64,000 nt of DNA from the NCBI GenBank assembly GCA_951406725.2, contig OX597842.1, forward strand, positions 1,798,001 through 1,862,000. Direction: 5' to 3'. Made by a program: the position numbers and the translations under genes. The notes beneath the pieces are model-generated. The model searched no databases and had not been told where the DNA came from. It was given only the letters and a program-made list of their open reading frames with translations. This document shows positions 26,641-39,745 of this stretch, one piece after another. The stretch comes from Octopus vulgaris. Taxonomy: Eukaryota. Within the stretch, counting starts at the first letter, position 1; each line of letters opens with the position of its first letter.

Positions 26641-27361
26641 CAAATACACATCTACATACACACAGGCATTATTCCTTTATTGCCCACAAGGGGCTAAACA
26701 CAGAGGGGACAAACAAGTACAGACAAAGGGATTAAGTCGATTATATTGGCCCCAGTGCATGACAGGTACTTATTTAATCGATCCTGAAAGGATGAAAGGC
26801 AAAGTTGACCTCGGCGGAATTTGAACTCAGAACGTAGCGGCAGATAAAATACTGCTAAGCATTTTGCCTGGTGTGCTAACGTTTCTGCCAGCTCACCACC
26901 TTAAGCTAATATACACAGGCATTAAGCTAGTTCTTGGACAGGCTCAGAGCAGACCTTGGGATAAAAGGGAAGTCACTGTAAAGGTCACGAACAGCAATGA
27001 AGGGGCTTTGGCAAACAAACAACTTATCACTTGTGTAACCAGCACATTTAACAAATGATCGATTAATTAGTTGGTTAGATATCTAATCAATTGATTAACA
27101 GTACAGAAGTGATATTGAACCAGTGCATGTGTTATTATTGGTGAAATGACCCTCTCAAGGCACAAAGTCTTTAATTATGCTGCCAGTAAAAATTTTGTCA
27201 ATCATGCACCTACCTTCTTTTAATAGTAAAGACCCCCTTCGGTCATGAATGATAGGATTTTGATTAGAAAGTTCCCCTCCATACAAGTCTAGGCAAGGTT
27301 ATTTATGGAAGACCAGGTTGTCAGTGGTGATGGGGGAACATACACAGACACAAAGACATAC

Positions 27362-27449
<88 letters not shown>

Positions 27450-27620
27450 CATATATATACAGGCGCAGTAGTGGCTGTGTGGTAAGTAGCTTGCTTATCA
27501 ACCACATGGTTCCAGGTTCAGTCCCCCTGCGTGGCACCTTGGGAAAGTGCCTTCTACTATAGCCTTGGGTCAACCAAAGCCTTGTGAGTGGATTTGGTAG
27601 ACGGAAACTGAAAGAAGCCC

Positions 27621-27659
<39 letters not shown>

Positions 27660-28099
27660 TAAATATGATTAAGATTCAGTTGGATTAGGTACTTAAATTG
27701 AGGCAACAAGCCAGCCAGTTTGGTATAGTCCACACAGTTCCAAGCTAGAGGAATAGAATATGAATATACCAAATATATATGTTTTATTTATTTATTATTA
27801 TTTTGTATATTATTTAATCATCATTATATGTTTAATCTTATATTTAATCTTTCTAAAATATGCAATTTTTCTAAATGGTTTAATTTCATTTCTGATTATT
27901 GAATTGATAAAAGGTGGGTCTTTTTCTAATTTATATGTATATATTATATTTTGCGAAATTTGATTTAGTATTTCTAAATTGAATTTTTCCCTATAACTTT
28001 GGAATAATATTCCCTCATATTATTATAATTATATATATATAGGCGCAGGGGTAGCTGTGTGGTAAGTAGCTTGCCTACCAACCACATGGTATATATGTA

Positions 28100-28168
<69 letters not shown>

Positions 28169-28462
28169 TTGTGTGTCTGTGTTTGTCCCCCTAGCATTGC
28201 TTGACAACCGATGCTGGTGTGTTTACGTCCCTGTCACTTAGTGGTTCGGCAAAAGAGACCGATAGAATAAGTACTGAGCTTACAAAGAATAAGTCCCGGG
28301 GTCGATTTGCTCGACTAAAGGCGGTGCTCCAGCATGGCCGCAGTCAAGTGACTGAAACAAGTAAAAGAGTATATATATATATTGTTCAAAACAGTTTGAT
28401 TGGGATTTCTTTTGTTTGTCCACTCATACATACATATATATACATATATACATTGTGGTGTT

Positions 28463-28732
28463 GACCAGACCATCAGATGTTGTTATGTATCATTAGTCAC
28501 AATATGCTTTGCTTCATCTTAGCTTTCAAATGATGCTATTCTACTGGCCAAGCAAGCAGGTCAGCATCCCTCCTGATTGGATGGCTATTTCATTACAGGG
28601 TCACCGGTTTACAGCTGAGTGGAAAGGGGCAGTGTGTTTTGCTCAAGAGCACAATATGCAGCCCAGTCTAGGAATTGAACTTACAATCTTAGGATAACGA
28701 GTTCGATTTGCCTAACTACTAATCAGCATGCC
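28463..28732 (-). mobile_element. Old tRNA-headed SINE combining a family E-type head with tail type 2
   Basis: Minus strand: tRNA-like head, GTGCTCTTGAGCAAAACAC segment, then the tail seen at 12440-12558. Confidence 0.55.
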
Positions 28733-28938
28733 TTGACCTAACCCTTTGAGAGAAAGAGAGAGGAGACATATATACACCCACACATCCATATGAGCACACA
28801 TACACTCTCACACTCCATACACAACTATATGCCCCCTCCCCGTCCTCTCATGCCCACCATCCTGAAACAAACATTTCGTGGTGTCATTGGTGTAAGAATA
28901 ATACTTGCCATCTGATACATCTGCCTTCAGTCTCTTTC

Positions 28939-28986
<48 letters not shown>

Positions 28987-29140
28987 TGTGTGTGTGTCTA
29001 CAGACTGTGACCAGTTCTGTTGAGGAATGAAGCAGACACATGGTGACAAAGTCTTTTGATGTCCTACCAACTTCACAAACATTCACTGCTTCACAGCATT
29101 CTCTGTGATTGCCACCAGGGCAAACGAAAATACCACCCTT

Positions 29141-32100
29141 TTCTTCTTCTTCTTCTTCTTCTTCTTCTTCTTCTTCTTCTTCTTCTTCCAATTCGTCTTC
29201 TTCTTCCAATTCTTTTTCTTTCAATTCTTCTTCTTCTTCTTCTTCTTCTTCTTCTTCCAATTCGTCTTCTTCTTCCAATTCTTTTTCTTTCAATTCTTCT
29301 TCTTCTTCTTCTTCTTCTTCTTCTTCTTCTTCTTCTTCTTCCAATTCGTCTTCTTCTTCCAATTCTTTTTCTTTCAATTCTTCTTCTTCTTCTTCTTCTT
29401 CTTCTTCCAATTCTTCTTCTTCTTCTTCTTCTTCTTCTTCTTCTTCTTCTTCTTCTTCTAATTCTTCTTCTTCTTCTTCTTCCAATTCTTCTTCTTCTTC
29501 TTCTTCTTCTTCTTCTTCCAATTCTTCTTCTTCTTCTTCTTCTCTTTTTTTCTTCCAATTCTTCTTCTCCTTCTTCTTTTTCTTCTTCTTCTTCCAATTC
29601 TTCTTCTTCTTCTTCTTCTTCTTCTCCTTCTTCTTCTTCTTCTTCTTCTTCTTCCAATTCTTCTTCTTCTTCTTCTTCTTCTTCTTCTTCTCCTTCTTCT
29701 TCTCCTTCTTCTTCTTCTTCTTCCAATTCTTCTTCTTCTTCTTCTTCTTCTTCTTCTTCTTCTTCCAATTCGTCTTCTTCTTCCAATTCTTTTTCTTTCA
29801 ATTCTTCTTCTTCTTCTTCTTCTTCTTCTTCTTCTTCTTCTTCCAATTCTTCTTCTTCTTCTTCTTCTTCTTCTTCTTCTTCAATTCTTCTTCTTCTTCT
29901 TCTTCTCTCAATTCTTCTTCTTCTTCTTCTTCTTCTTCTTCTTCTTCTTCTCCAATTCTTCTTCTTCTTCTTCTTCTTCTTCTTCTTCTTCTTCTTCTTC
30001 TTTTCTTCCAATTCTTCTTCTCCTTCTTCTTTTTCTTCTTCTTCTTCCAATTCTTCTTCTTCTTCTTCTTCTTCTTCTTCTTCTTCTTCCTTCTTCTTCT
30101 CCTTCTTCTTCTTCTTCTTCCAATTCTTCTTCTTCTTCTTCTTCTTCTTCTTCTTCTTCTTCTTCTTCTTCTTCTTCTTTTTCTTCCAATTCTTCTTCTC
30201 CTTCTTCTTTTTCTTCTTCTTCTTCCAATTCTTCTTCTTCTTCTTCTTCTTCTTCTTCTTCTTCTTCTTCTCCTTGTCCTTCTTCTTCTTCTTCCAATTC
30301 TTCTTCTTCTTCTTCTTCTTCTTCCAATTCGTCTTCTTCTTCCAATTCTTTTTCTTTCAATTCTTCTTCTTCTTCTTCTTCTTCTTCTTCTTCTTCTTCT
30401 TCCAATTCTTCTTCTTCTTCTTCTTCTTCTTCTTCTTCTTCTTCCAATTCTTCTTCTTCTTCTTCTTCCAATTCTTCTTCTTCTTCTTCTTCTTCTTCTT
30501 CTTCTTCCAATTCTTCTTCTTCTTCTTCTTCTTCTTTTTTCTTCCAATTCTTCTTCTCCTTCTTCTTTTTCTTCTTCTTCTTCCAATTCTTCTTCTTCTT
30601 CTTCTTCTTCTCCTCTCTTCTTCTTCTTCTTCTTCTTCCAATTCTTCTTCTTCTTCTTCTTCTTCTTCTTCTTCTTCTTCTTCTTCTTCTTCTTCTTCTC
30701 CTTCTTCTTCTTCTTCTTCCAATTCTTCTTCTTCTTCTTCTTCTTCTTCTTCCAATTCGTCTTCTTCTTCCAATTCTTTTTCTTTCAATTCTTCTTCTTC
30801 TTCTTCTTCTTCTTCTTCTTCTTCTTCTTCCAATTCTTCTTCTTCTTCTTCTTCTTCTTCTTCTTCTTCCAATTCTTCTTCTTCTTCTTCTTCCAATTCT
30901 TCTTCTTCTTCTTCTTCTTCTTCTTCTTCTTCTTCTTCTTCCAATTCTTCTTCTTCTTCTTCTTCTTCTTCTTCTTCTTCTTTTTCTTCCAATTCTTCTT
31001 CTCCTTCTTCTTTTTCTTCTTCTTCCAATTCTTCTTCTTCTTCTTCTTCTTCTTCTCCTTCTTCTTCTTCTTCTTCTTCTTCTTCTTCCAATTCTTCTTC
31101 TTCTTCTTCTTCTTCTTCTTCTTCTTCTTCTTCTTCTTCTTCTCCTTCTTCTTCTTCTTCTTCCAATTCTTCTTCTTCTTCTTCTTCTTCTTCCAATTCT
31201 TCTTCTTCTTCTTCTTCTTCTTCTTCTTCTTCTTTTTTTCTTCCAATTCTTCTTCTCCTTCTTTTTCTTCTTCTTCTTCCAATTCTTCTTCTTCTTCTTC
31301 TTCTTCTTCTCCTTCTTCTTCTTCTTCTTCTTCCAATTCTTCTTCTTCTTCTTCTTCTTCTTCTTCTTCTTCTTCCTCCTTCTTCTTCTCCTTCTTCTTC
31401 TTCTTCTTCCAATTCTTCTTCTTCTTCTTCTTCTTCTTCTTCTTCCAATTCGTCTTCTTCTTCCAATTCTTTTTCTTTCAATTCTTCTTCTTCTTCTTCT
31501 TCTTCTTCTTCTTCTTCTTCCTTCTTCAATTCTTCTTCTTCTTCTTCTTCTTCTTCTTCTTCCAATTCTTCTTCTTCTTCTTCCAATTCTTCTTCTTCTT
31601 CTTCTTCTTCTTCTTCTTCTTCTTCTTCTTCTTCTTCTTCTTCTTCTTCTTCTTCTTCTTCTTCTTCTTTTTCTTCCAATTCTTCTTCTCCTTCTTCTTT
31701 TTCTTCTTCTTCTTCCAATTCTTCTTCTTCTTCTTCTTCTTCTTCTCCTTCTTCTTCTTCTTCTTCTTCTTCTTCTTCCAATTCTTCTTCTTCTTCTTCT
31801 TCTTCTTCTTCTTCTTCTTCTTCTTCTTCTTCTCTTTCTTCTTCTTCTTCTTCCAATTCTTCTTCTTCTTCTTCTTCTTCTTCTTCTTCTTCTTCTTCTT
31901 CTTCTTCTTCTTCTCTTCTTCCAATTCTTCTTCTCCTTCTTCTTTTTCTTCTTCTTCTTCCAATTCTTCTTCTTCTTCTTCTTCTTCTTCTTCTTCTTCT
32001 TCTTCTTCTTCTTCTCCTTGTCCTTCTTCTTCTTCTTCCAATTCTTCTTCTTCTTCTTCTTCTTCTTCTCCAATTCGTCTTCTTCTTCCAATTCTTTTTC

Positions 32101-33810
32101 TTTCAATTCTTCTTCTTCTTCTTCTTCTTCTTCTTCTTCTTCTTCTTCCAATTCTTCTTCTTCTTCTTCTTCTTCTTCTTCTTCTTCTTCTTCAATTCTT
32201 CTTCTTCTTCTTCTTCCAATTCTTCTTCTTCTTCTTCTTCTTCTTCTTCTTCTTCTTCCAATTCTTCTTCTTCTTCTTCTTCTTCTTTTTTCTTCCAATT
32301 CTTCTTCTCCTTCTTCTTTTTCTTCTTCTTCTTCCAATTCTTCTTCTTCTTCTTCTTCTTCTCCTTCTTCTTCTTCTTCTTCTTCCAATTCTTCTTCTTC
32401 TTCTTCTTCTTCTTCTTCTTCTCCTTCTTCTTCTCCTTCTTCTTCTTCTTCTTCCAATTCTTCTTCTTCTTCTTCTTCTTCTTCTTCCAATTCGTCTTCT
32501 TCTTCTTCAATTCTTTTTCTTTCAATTCTTCTTCTTCTTCTTCTTCTTCTTCTTCTTCTTCTTCTTCTTCCAATTCTTCTTCTTCTTCTTCTTCTTCTTC
32601 TTCTTCCAATTCTTCTTCTTCTTCTTCTTCCAATTCTTCTTCTTCTTCTTCTTCTTCTTCCCAATTCTTCTTCTTCTTCTTCTTCTTCTTCTTCTTCTTC
32701 TTCTTCTTCCAATTCTTCTTCTCCTTCTTCTTTTTCTTCTTCTTCTTCCAATTCTTCTTCTTCTTCTTCTTCTTCTTCTTCTTCTTCTTCTTCTTCTTCT
32801 TCTTCTTCTTCTTCCAATTCTTCTTCTTCTTCTTCTTCTTCTTCTTCTTCTTCTCCTTCTTCTTCTCCTTCTTCTTCTTCTTCTTCCAATTCTTCTTCTT
32901 CTTCTTCTTCTTCTTCTCTCTTTTTCTTCCAATTCTTCTTCTCCTTCTTCTTTTTCTTCTTCTTCTTCCAATTCTTCTTCTTCTTCTTCTTCTTCTTCTT
33001 CTTCTTCTTCTTCTCCTTCTTCTTCTTCTTCTTCTTCAATTCTTCTTCTTCTTCTTCTTCTTCTTCTTCTTCTTCTTCTTCTTCCAATTCTTCTTCTTCT
33101 TCTTCTTCTTCTTCTTCTTCTTCCAATTCTTCTTCTTCTTCTTCTTCTTCTTCTTCTTCTTCTTCTTCTTCTTCTTCTTCTTCTTCTTCTTCTTCTTCCA
33201 ATTCTTCTTCTTCTTCTTCTTCCAATTCTTCTTCTTCTTCTTCTTCTTCTTCTTCTTCTTCCAATTCTTCTTCTTCTTCTTCTTCTTCCAATTCTTCTTC
33301 TTCTTCTTCTTCTTCTTCCAATTCTTCTTCTTCTTCTTCCAATTCTTCTTCTTCTTCTTCTTCTTCTTCTTCTTCTTCTTCTTCTTCTTTTTCTTCCAAT
33401 TCTTCTTCTCCTTCTTTTTCTTCTTCTTCTTCCAATTCTTCTTTTTCTTCTTCTTCTTCTTCTTCTTCCAATTCTTCTTCTTCTTCTTCCAATTCTTCTT
33501 CTTCTTCTTCTTCTTCTTCTTCTTCTTCTTCTTCTCTCTTTTTCTTCCAATTCTTCTTCTCCTTCTTCTTCTTCTTCTTCTTCTTCTTCTTCTTCCAATT
33601 CTTCGTCTTCTTCTTCTTCTTTTTCTTCTTCTTCCAAATCTTCTTCTTCTTCTTCCAAATCTTCTTCTTCTTCAAATTCTTCTTCTTCTTCTTTCTTCTT
33701 CTTCTTCTTCCATTCTTCCCCCAGTTCTTTTTCTTCTTCTTCCAATTCTTCTCCTTCTTCTTCTTCTTCTTCCAATTATTCTTCTTCTTTCAGTTCTTCT
33801 TCTTCTTCAA
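29141..33810. repeat. ~4.7-kb (TTC)n/(GAA)n array with higher-order interruptions
   Basis: TTC runs punctuated by CCAA and by recurring cassettes such as TCCAATTCGTCTTCTTCTTCCAATTCTTTTTCTTTCAATTC. Confidence 0.97.
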
Positions 33811-35052
33811 TCTTTACATATGTGTGCATGTTTGTATAAGTATGTACGAATGTATTCATACAGTTATATCATCACAAACGATTCAAATTTCATGATAAAT
33901 AACCAGTATTTAGAAATCTATGCTTTCCTAGTAATATTATTGTATTCATTACTTATTTTGTGAATCTGGTGTTTGAGTATGTCACAGAGTATAAGAGTAC
34001 ATGTAGAGAACAAAACAAAATAAAATACAGAGGTAGATACCAGTTGTTGATCACCATCTCATCAATGGTTATATCTTCCAACAATTCAATAATCTGGTAA
34101 TACTACATACGAATGTTACATATCTCTGATGATTTGACAGTATGTTTTGGTTGTGTAATATATATCCTGTAAGTATCAATCCTCACTCCCATCTCTACCC
34201 ACTTCTCAAATTCTTCAAGCCTCCCCTGGCCACTCAACCAGTCTAATTATCTGTATCACTATTCACCCCTGCTGCACTGTACTTTGAGAGTGCATCTCCA
34301 TCACATCCTCTCATTTTCTCTCTCTGGTTCATTCTGTCTTTCTCACTAATTCTCTCTTTCTCTCCCTCTTTTCCCAACTGGGGTACCCTTGTTACTCTTC
34401 TACAATCAGGCACCATTTTCTGTCCCTCTATTTTTCTTTTTAACCCCATCATCACCTGGCAGAAATCATTTCCCCCAATATTACTATATTCCTAATCGAG
34501 GGGTCTTTGTCTTGGAAGCTATTTGGCAATGTTACTGATGCTGGTGCCACAAAAAAGGTACCCTGTACACCCTGTACACTTACAGTCTATAAGGTGGTTA
34601 GTGTTACGAAGACCATCCAGCTATAGAAATCATACGAAAGCCGAAAATATAGCTTGGCATATTTCTCTGGCTTGCCATCTCTTGTCAAACCATCCAACCC
34701 ATGCCAGCATAGAAAACAGATGTAAAATGATGAGGATGATATATAGGTGCAGGCATGGCTATGTGATAAGGAGCTTGCTTTCCAACCACATGGTTCCCTT
34801 TTCAGTCCCACTGCATGGCACCTTGGGCAAGTGTCTTCTATAGTCTAAGGCTGACCAAATCCTTGTTAGTGGATTTGGTAGATGGAAACTGAAAGAAATC
34901 CATCATGTATGTATATATATACATATATATATATATCACCGTGATCACCGTGACCGACCAGGCTATCAGATGTTGTTACACATCTCTGGTCACTATGCGC
35001 TTCGCATTGTTTTAGCCTTCAAATGATGCCACCCCACTGGCTAAGCTAGCAG

Positions 35053-35092
<40 letters not shown>

Positions 35093-36182
35093 TATATTTA
35101 TGTGTGTGTGTGTCTTCGTGTCTGTGTTTGTCTTGTCACCATCACTTGACAACCGATGTTGGTGTATTTATGTTCCCGTAACTTAGCGGTTTGGCAAAAG
35201 AGATCAATAGAATTAGTACCAGGCTTACAAAGAATAAAAATGAGGGTCGATTTCTTCAACTAAAAAAACTCTTCAAGGCGGTGCCCCTGCATGGCCGCAC
35301 TCAAATGACAAACAAACAAAAAAATAAAGAAAAAATTCCAAATGTAATACAATCACTAGAGTGAAACTGTCCTAGTAGATCCTTCAAGGCAGTGCTCCAG
35401 CATGGCCACAGCCTAATGACTGAAGCAAGCAAAAGCATTATACAGGTGAAGATTAGTAAGAGGATGGACGCCTGGCTGTAGTTAATCTGCTTCAGATAAA
35501 CTCCTTCTGACCCATGCAAGCATGGAAAAGTGAATGTTAAACCATGATGATGATGGTGGTGGTGGTGGTGGTGGTGATGATGATGATGATGGAAATGTGT
35601 GTGCATGTGTGTGTGGAGGTGTGTATCTCAAGCATGCATTGGGGGTTTTGTTCGTTAAAGTTAATTAAACAATAAGGTAGCCCCTCGTAAATTGCAGGAT
35701 TTCTTAATTGGATGGTTTAATGTTTCTGCAAAGTTTTAATTAGGTGGCATTATCTTTCTAAAGTCAACTACATTTAACTAATTACACCAGTGTTTAATTG
35801 CACAAATAGGTTAACTAACCCTGCCAACAATGATGACCACCACCATCACCACTGGTCCAGGTACTCACCTCCTCTCTCACATACCCCTCACCATGCAACC
35901 AGCTTTGTATTGTAAAGGAATTCATCCCAGCTCTATGTCAATGAAATGGGGAAAAATTGAACAGATTAAGTATAGCATTGTGATGTGTAAGAAATGAAAA
36001 GTTATGAAGAAAGCAGAGGGAAGCTGCATGGGTGGCTGTGTGGTAAGAATCTTGTTTCACTGCCAAATGGTTCCGGGTTCAGTCCCACTTTGTGGCACCT
36101 TGGCAAGTGTCTTCTCCTATAGCCTTTGGCCGACCAAAGCCTTATGAGTGGATTTGGTAGATGGAAACTGAAAGAAACCAGT

Positions 36183-36234
<52 letters not shown>

Positions 36235-36239
<5 letters not shown>

Positions 36240-36436
36240 TTATAGAAGGAGCTTCTACAGGACTAGAACTGTTTCATTCAAAAGAAATCATCAGGAAGCT
36301 GCTTCCTGATGATTTCTTTTGAATGAAACAGTTCTAGTCCTGTAGAAGCTCCTTCTATAAAATAAATTAATTTACTCTGCTATGTATTGAGTACCTTATT
36401 TACTGTGGTTAACCCCGACTCAACCCGGGACCTAAA
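36235..36436. mobile_element. Fold-back Penelope-like terminal repeat with a perfect 65-bp-arm palindrome
   Basis: 36235-36299 is the exact reverse complement of 36301-36365; (TA)n on both sides. Confidence 0.65.
36301..36349 (+). ncRNA. Candidate type-I hammerhead ribozyme (mirror copy on - strand at 36251-36299)
   Basis: GCTTC-CTGATGA-TTTC-TTTT-GAAT-GAA-ACAG-TTCTAGTC-CTGT-A-GAAGC: stems I and III fully paired, core intact, GUA site; U-U mismatch at base of stem II. Confidence 0.68.
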
Positions 36437-36502
36437 TATATATATATATATATGTATATATATGGATATGTATATATATATGTATATGTATATATATATA
36501 TG

Positions 36503-36533
<31 letters not shown>

Positions 36534-36780
36534 TTGTGTTTATATATATATACATATATGTGTGTAAATATACATATATATATATATATATGTATATATA
36601 TGTATACATATATGTGTGTATATATACATACATATATATATATGTATGTATGTATGGTATATACACACATATATGTATACATATATATAGCATTCCATTT
36701 CTACAGAGGTAAAAACTGCAGTTTAAAAGTTCGGTGTGTGGTAAAGCGAATTCTTTTACTTTACCATATTTTTATAAATT

Positions 36781-36824
<44 letters not shown>

Positions 36825-37452
36825 ACACAAATATACTTATATGTGTGTATATATATATATATAGAGAGAGAGGTAGAGAGAGAGATAAATATGTATGGTA
36901 AGAAGCTTGCTTCCCAACCACATGGTTCTAGGTTCAGTCCTGGTGTGGCACCTTGGACAAGTGTCTTCTGCTATAGCCTTTGGCTAAACGAAGTCTTGTG
37001 AGTGGGTTTGGTAAATGGAAACTGAAAGAAGCCTGTCGTAATTATACCTGTTATCTTTTACTTGTTTGTCATTTGGCTGTGGCCATGATGGGGCACTGCC
37101 TTGAAGAATTTTATTTTTCGTCAAGTAAATCAAATCCAGTATTTCTGATTTTGGAAAGTCTCATTCTTATTCCATAGTTCTCTTTTTGGCCAACCACTAA
37201 GTTATAGGGATGTAAACACACAAACACTTGTTATCAAGTGGTAGTGGGGACAAACATAGATATAAACACACACACACATGTATGTGATGGGCTTCTTTCA
37301 GTTTCTGTTTACCAGATCCATTCACAAGGCTTTGGTCGGCCCAAGGCTATTGTAGAAGACACTTGCCCAAGGTGCCACGCAGTGGGAATGAACCCGGAAC
37401 CATATGGTTGGGAGCAAGCATTTTACCACACAGCTATGCCTGCACCTACAAA

Positions 37453-37962
37453 CATGCATATGAGCCACATACAAGTGTACAATTGGTTCAGACATTTCCA
37501 AGATGGCCGAAGAAATGTTGATATTGGTGAACATTCTGGGAGACCAGCAATCAGTAGAACTAAGGGACACATTGCAGATGTGCATGCACCTGTGAGGGGA
37601 AATCGTCGAATCACCATCCATGAATTATCAGAGGATGTACTGATTAGTTACGGTTCAGGTCAGTCCATTTTCACTGAAGATCTCGGTATGAGACGTGTGT
37701 CTGCTAAGTTTGTGCCAAAACTGCTTTCAGCTGATGAAAAAGACACTCAGATTTCAGCTGCACAAGATCTCCTTGATTGTATTGAGAATGATGAAAACTT
37801 TTTGAAATCTTTGCATAGGCCTCTTAACAGGTATCGCCAAACTTTTGGCAAAATTTGATGCAGATTCTCTGCTCAACTTCTTCTTTGCTGGTCAATACAA
37901 CAATCACATGTTACACACCTTCCTGCCAAGTACTGCTGTAAACAGCAGAAGTTAGCTAGAAT
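37453..37962 (+). mobile_element. Rearranged non-autonomous mariner: transposase HTH segment fused to an inverted 5' end
   Basis: VYNWFRHFQDGR...SGRP...RITIHEL...LGMRRVSAKFVPKLL...DENFLK, then the reverse complement of the element's 5' start. Confidence 0.8.
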
Positions 37963-38351
37963 ATTCTAAACTCATGTTTAAAATTAATCCAGCGTTATCT
38001 CATAGATTTGATATTTTGATAATGGGATTGTGTATTTTTAGAATGACATTGTGAAGGAGATGTAAGAAGCTGGGTATGGCCAACTTGATAACAAAACAGG
38101 TAGAATATTTGAGCCAGATATGATCGGTTATAACACTAAAGTGTTAAAAATTAAGTGTCCTGGTTTCAAACCAAATAGTTTTTTCTACTTAGTGGAGCCT
38201 CTTTACAGCTAAGTAAACTGAGTAATAGGAAATTTGATTATCCAGGTTTCAAACAGAAGTGTTTTTTGTTTTTTTTTTGCATTATGGCACCTTTTCACAG
38301 ATTGGAGCAGGGTAATTTAGAAGTTAAATGTTCAGGTTTTGTTCACTCACA

Positions 38352-38528
38352 AGGCGCAGGAGTGGCTGTGTGGTAAGTAGCTTGCTTAGGAACCACATGG
38401 TTCCGGGTTCAGGCCCACTGCATGGCACCTTGGGTAAGTGTCTTCTGCTATAGCCTCGGGCTGACCAAAGCCTTGTGAGTAGATTTGGTAGACGGAAACT
38501 GAAAGAAGCCTATCATATATATATATAT

Positions 38529-38599
<71 letters not shown>

Positions 38600-38980
38600 G
38601 CTGTGTGGTAAGTAGCTTGCTTACCAACCACATGGTTCCGGGTTCAGTCCCACTGCATGGCAACTTGGGCAAGTGTCTTTTACTATAGCATCGGGCCGAC
38701 CAAAGCCTTGTGGGTGGATTTGCTAGACGGAAACTGAATGAAGCCCATCGTTTATATGCATATGTATATATATGTGTGTGTTTGTGTGTCTGTGTTTGTG
38801 CCCCCAACATCACTTGACAACCGATGCTGGTGTGTTTATGTCCCTGTAACTTAGAGGTTCAGCAAAGTGACCGATAGAATAAGTACTAAGCTTACAAAGA
38901 ATAAGTCCTGGGGTTGATTTGCTCTACTAAAGACAGTGCTCCAGCATGGCCACAGTCAAATGACTTAAACAAGTAAAAGA
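38352..38980 (+). mobile_element. Family A SINE with duplicated 5' half, inserted in a degenerate ~80-bp tandem repeat (38150-39250)
   Basis: Two heads separated by (TA)n; flanking CAGGTTTCAAA...GGACTGAGTAAT units on both sides. Confidence 0.8.
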
Positions 38981-39264
38981 GGTTTCAAATACAAGTGACA
39001 CCTGTTTATATCTAGGGGCTGCATAATTTAAAAGTTTTGTGTTCAGGTTTCAAACACAAGGGGGTTTATTTTACATGGTGGAACCTGTGTTACAGCTACG
39101 TGGACTGAGTAATTTGGAAATTAATTATCCAGGCTTCAAGAATTTTTTTTTTTTTTTCTGCATAGTGGCACCTGTTCTGCACCTAGGTGGACTGAGTAGT
39201 TTCAAAGTTAATTTTTTTTTGTTTAAAAATCAAAAACACAGCCTCTTGTTCTTATCCTGAAGCA

Positions 39265-39745
39265 TCTAAGAGTGACGTCACAGAGCTGTGGAAATTGAAA
39301 CCATGTTATCACGAAGAGAAATTCTTAATCCTTAAAGACAATCAACTTGAATCGAATTTTGCTGTTTCTTAAAGGGGTAAAAATTCTTCAAGAAGGCAGG
39401 CACTGGAGCAAAACCCTTGAGAAATCAATACCCAAACAATATAATTACAAGGGGTCATACATCAAAGGCATAGAATTCTGTCGGATCAACAAGGCAGTTT
39501 TCCCTTTCAGATCAAAGAGAGTTAAATTCTTAGATACCAAATTCTTGCCGTAGAATTTATTTCGCATAGCTTGTTGCTCCAGTGTCAACATGTGTAGATT
39601 TTTGGCTCTCTTCCCAAGGATCGCAACCTCTAAGAATCTTCCAAAAGATGGGCGGGAGAGGGGGAGGGGAAAGTGGGAGGCCGGGGGCGGGGAGGAGGAG
39701 GAGGATGAGAAGGGGGGAAAGAGGAGACGGCGCAGGTGACAGGCT
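39265..39745. promoter_or_regulatory. Candidate intronic enhancer or promoter island
   Basis: Unique sequence with TGACGTCA (39273-39280), ACATCAAAGG (39459-39468), AGATCAAAG (39509-39517), GC boxes at 39650 and 39684, and G-runs. Confidence 0.35.

Noticed and set aside
29056-33963. 1635-, 1576- and 1255-aa ORFs (poly-S/F/L and poly-E/K/R)
   Set aside because: TTC/GAA repeats lack stops in most frames; the residue type switches at 1-2 nt slips, and there is no splice or domain evidence.
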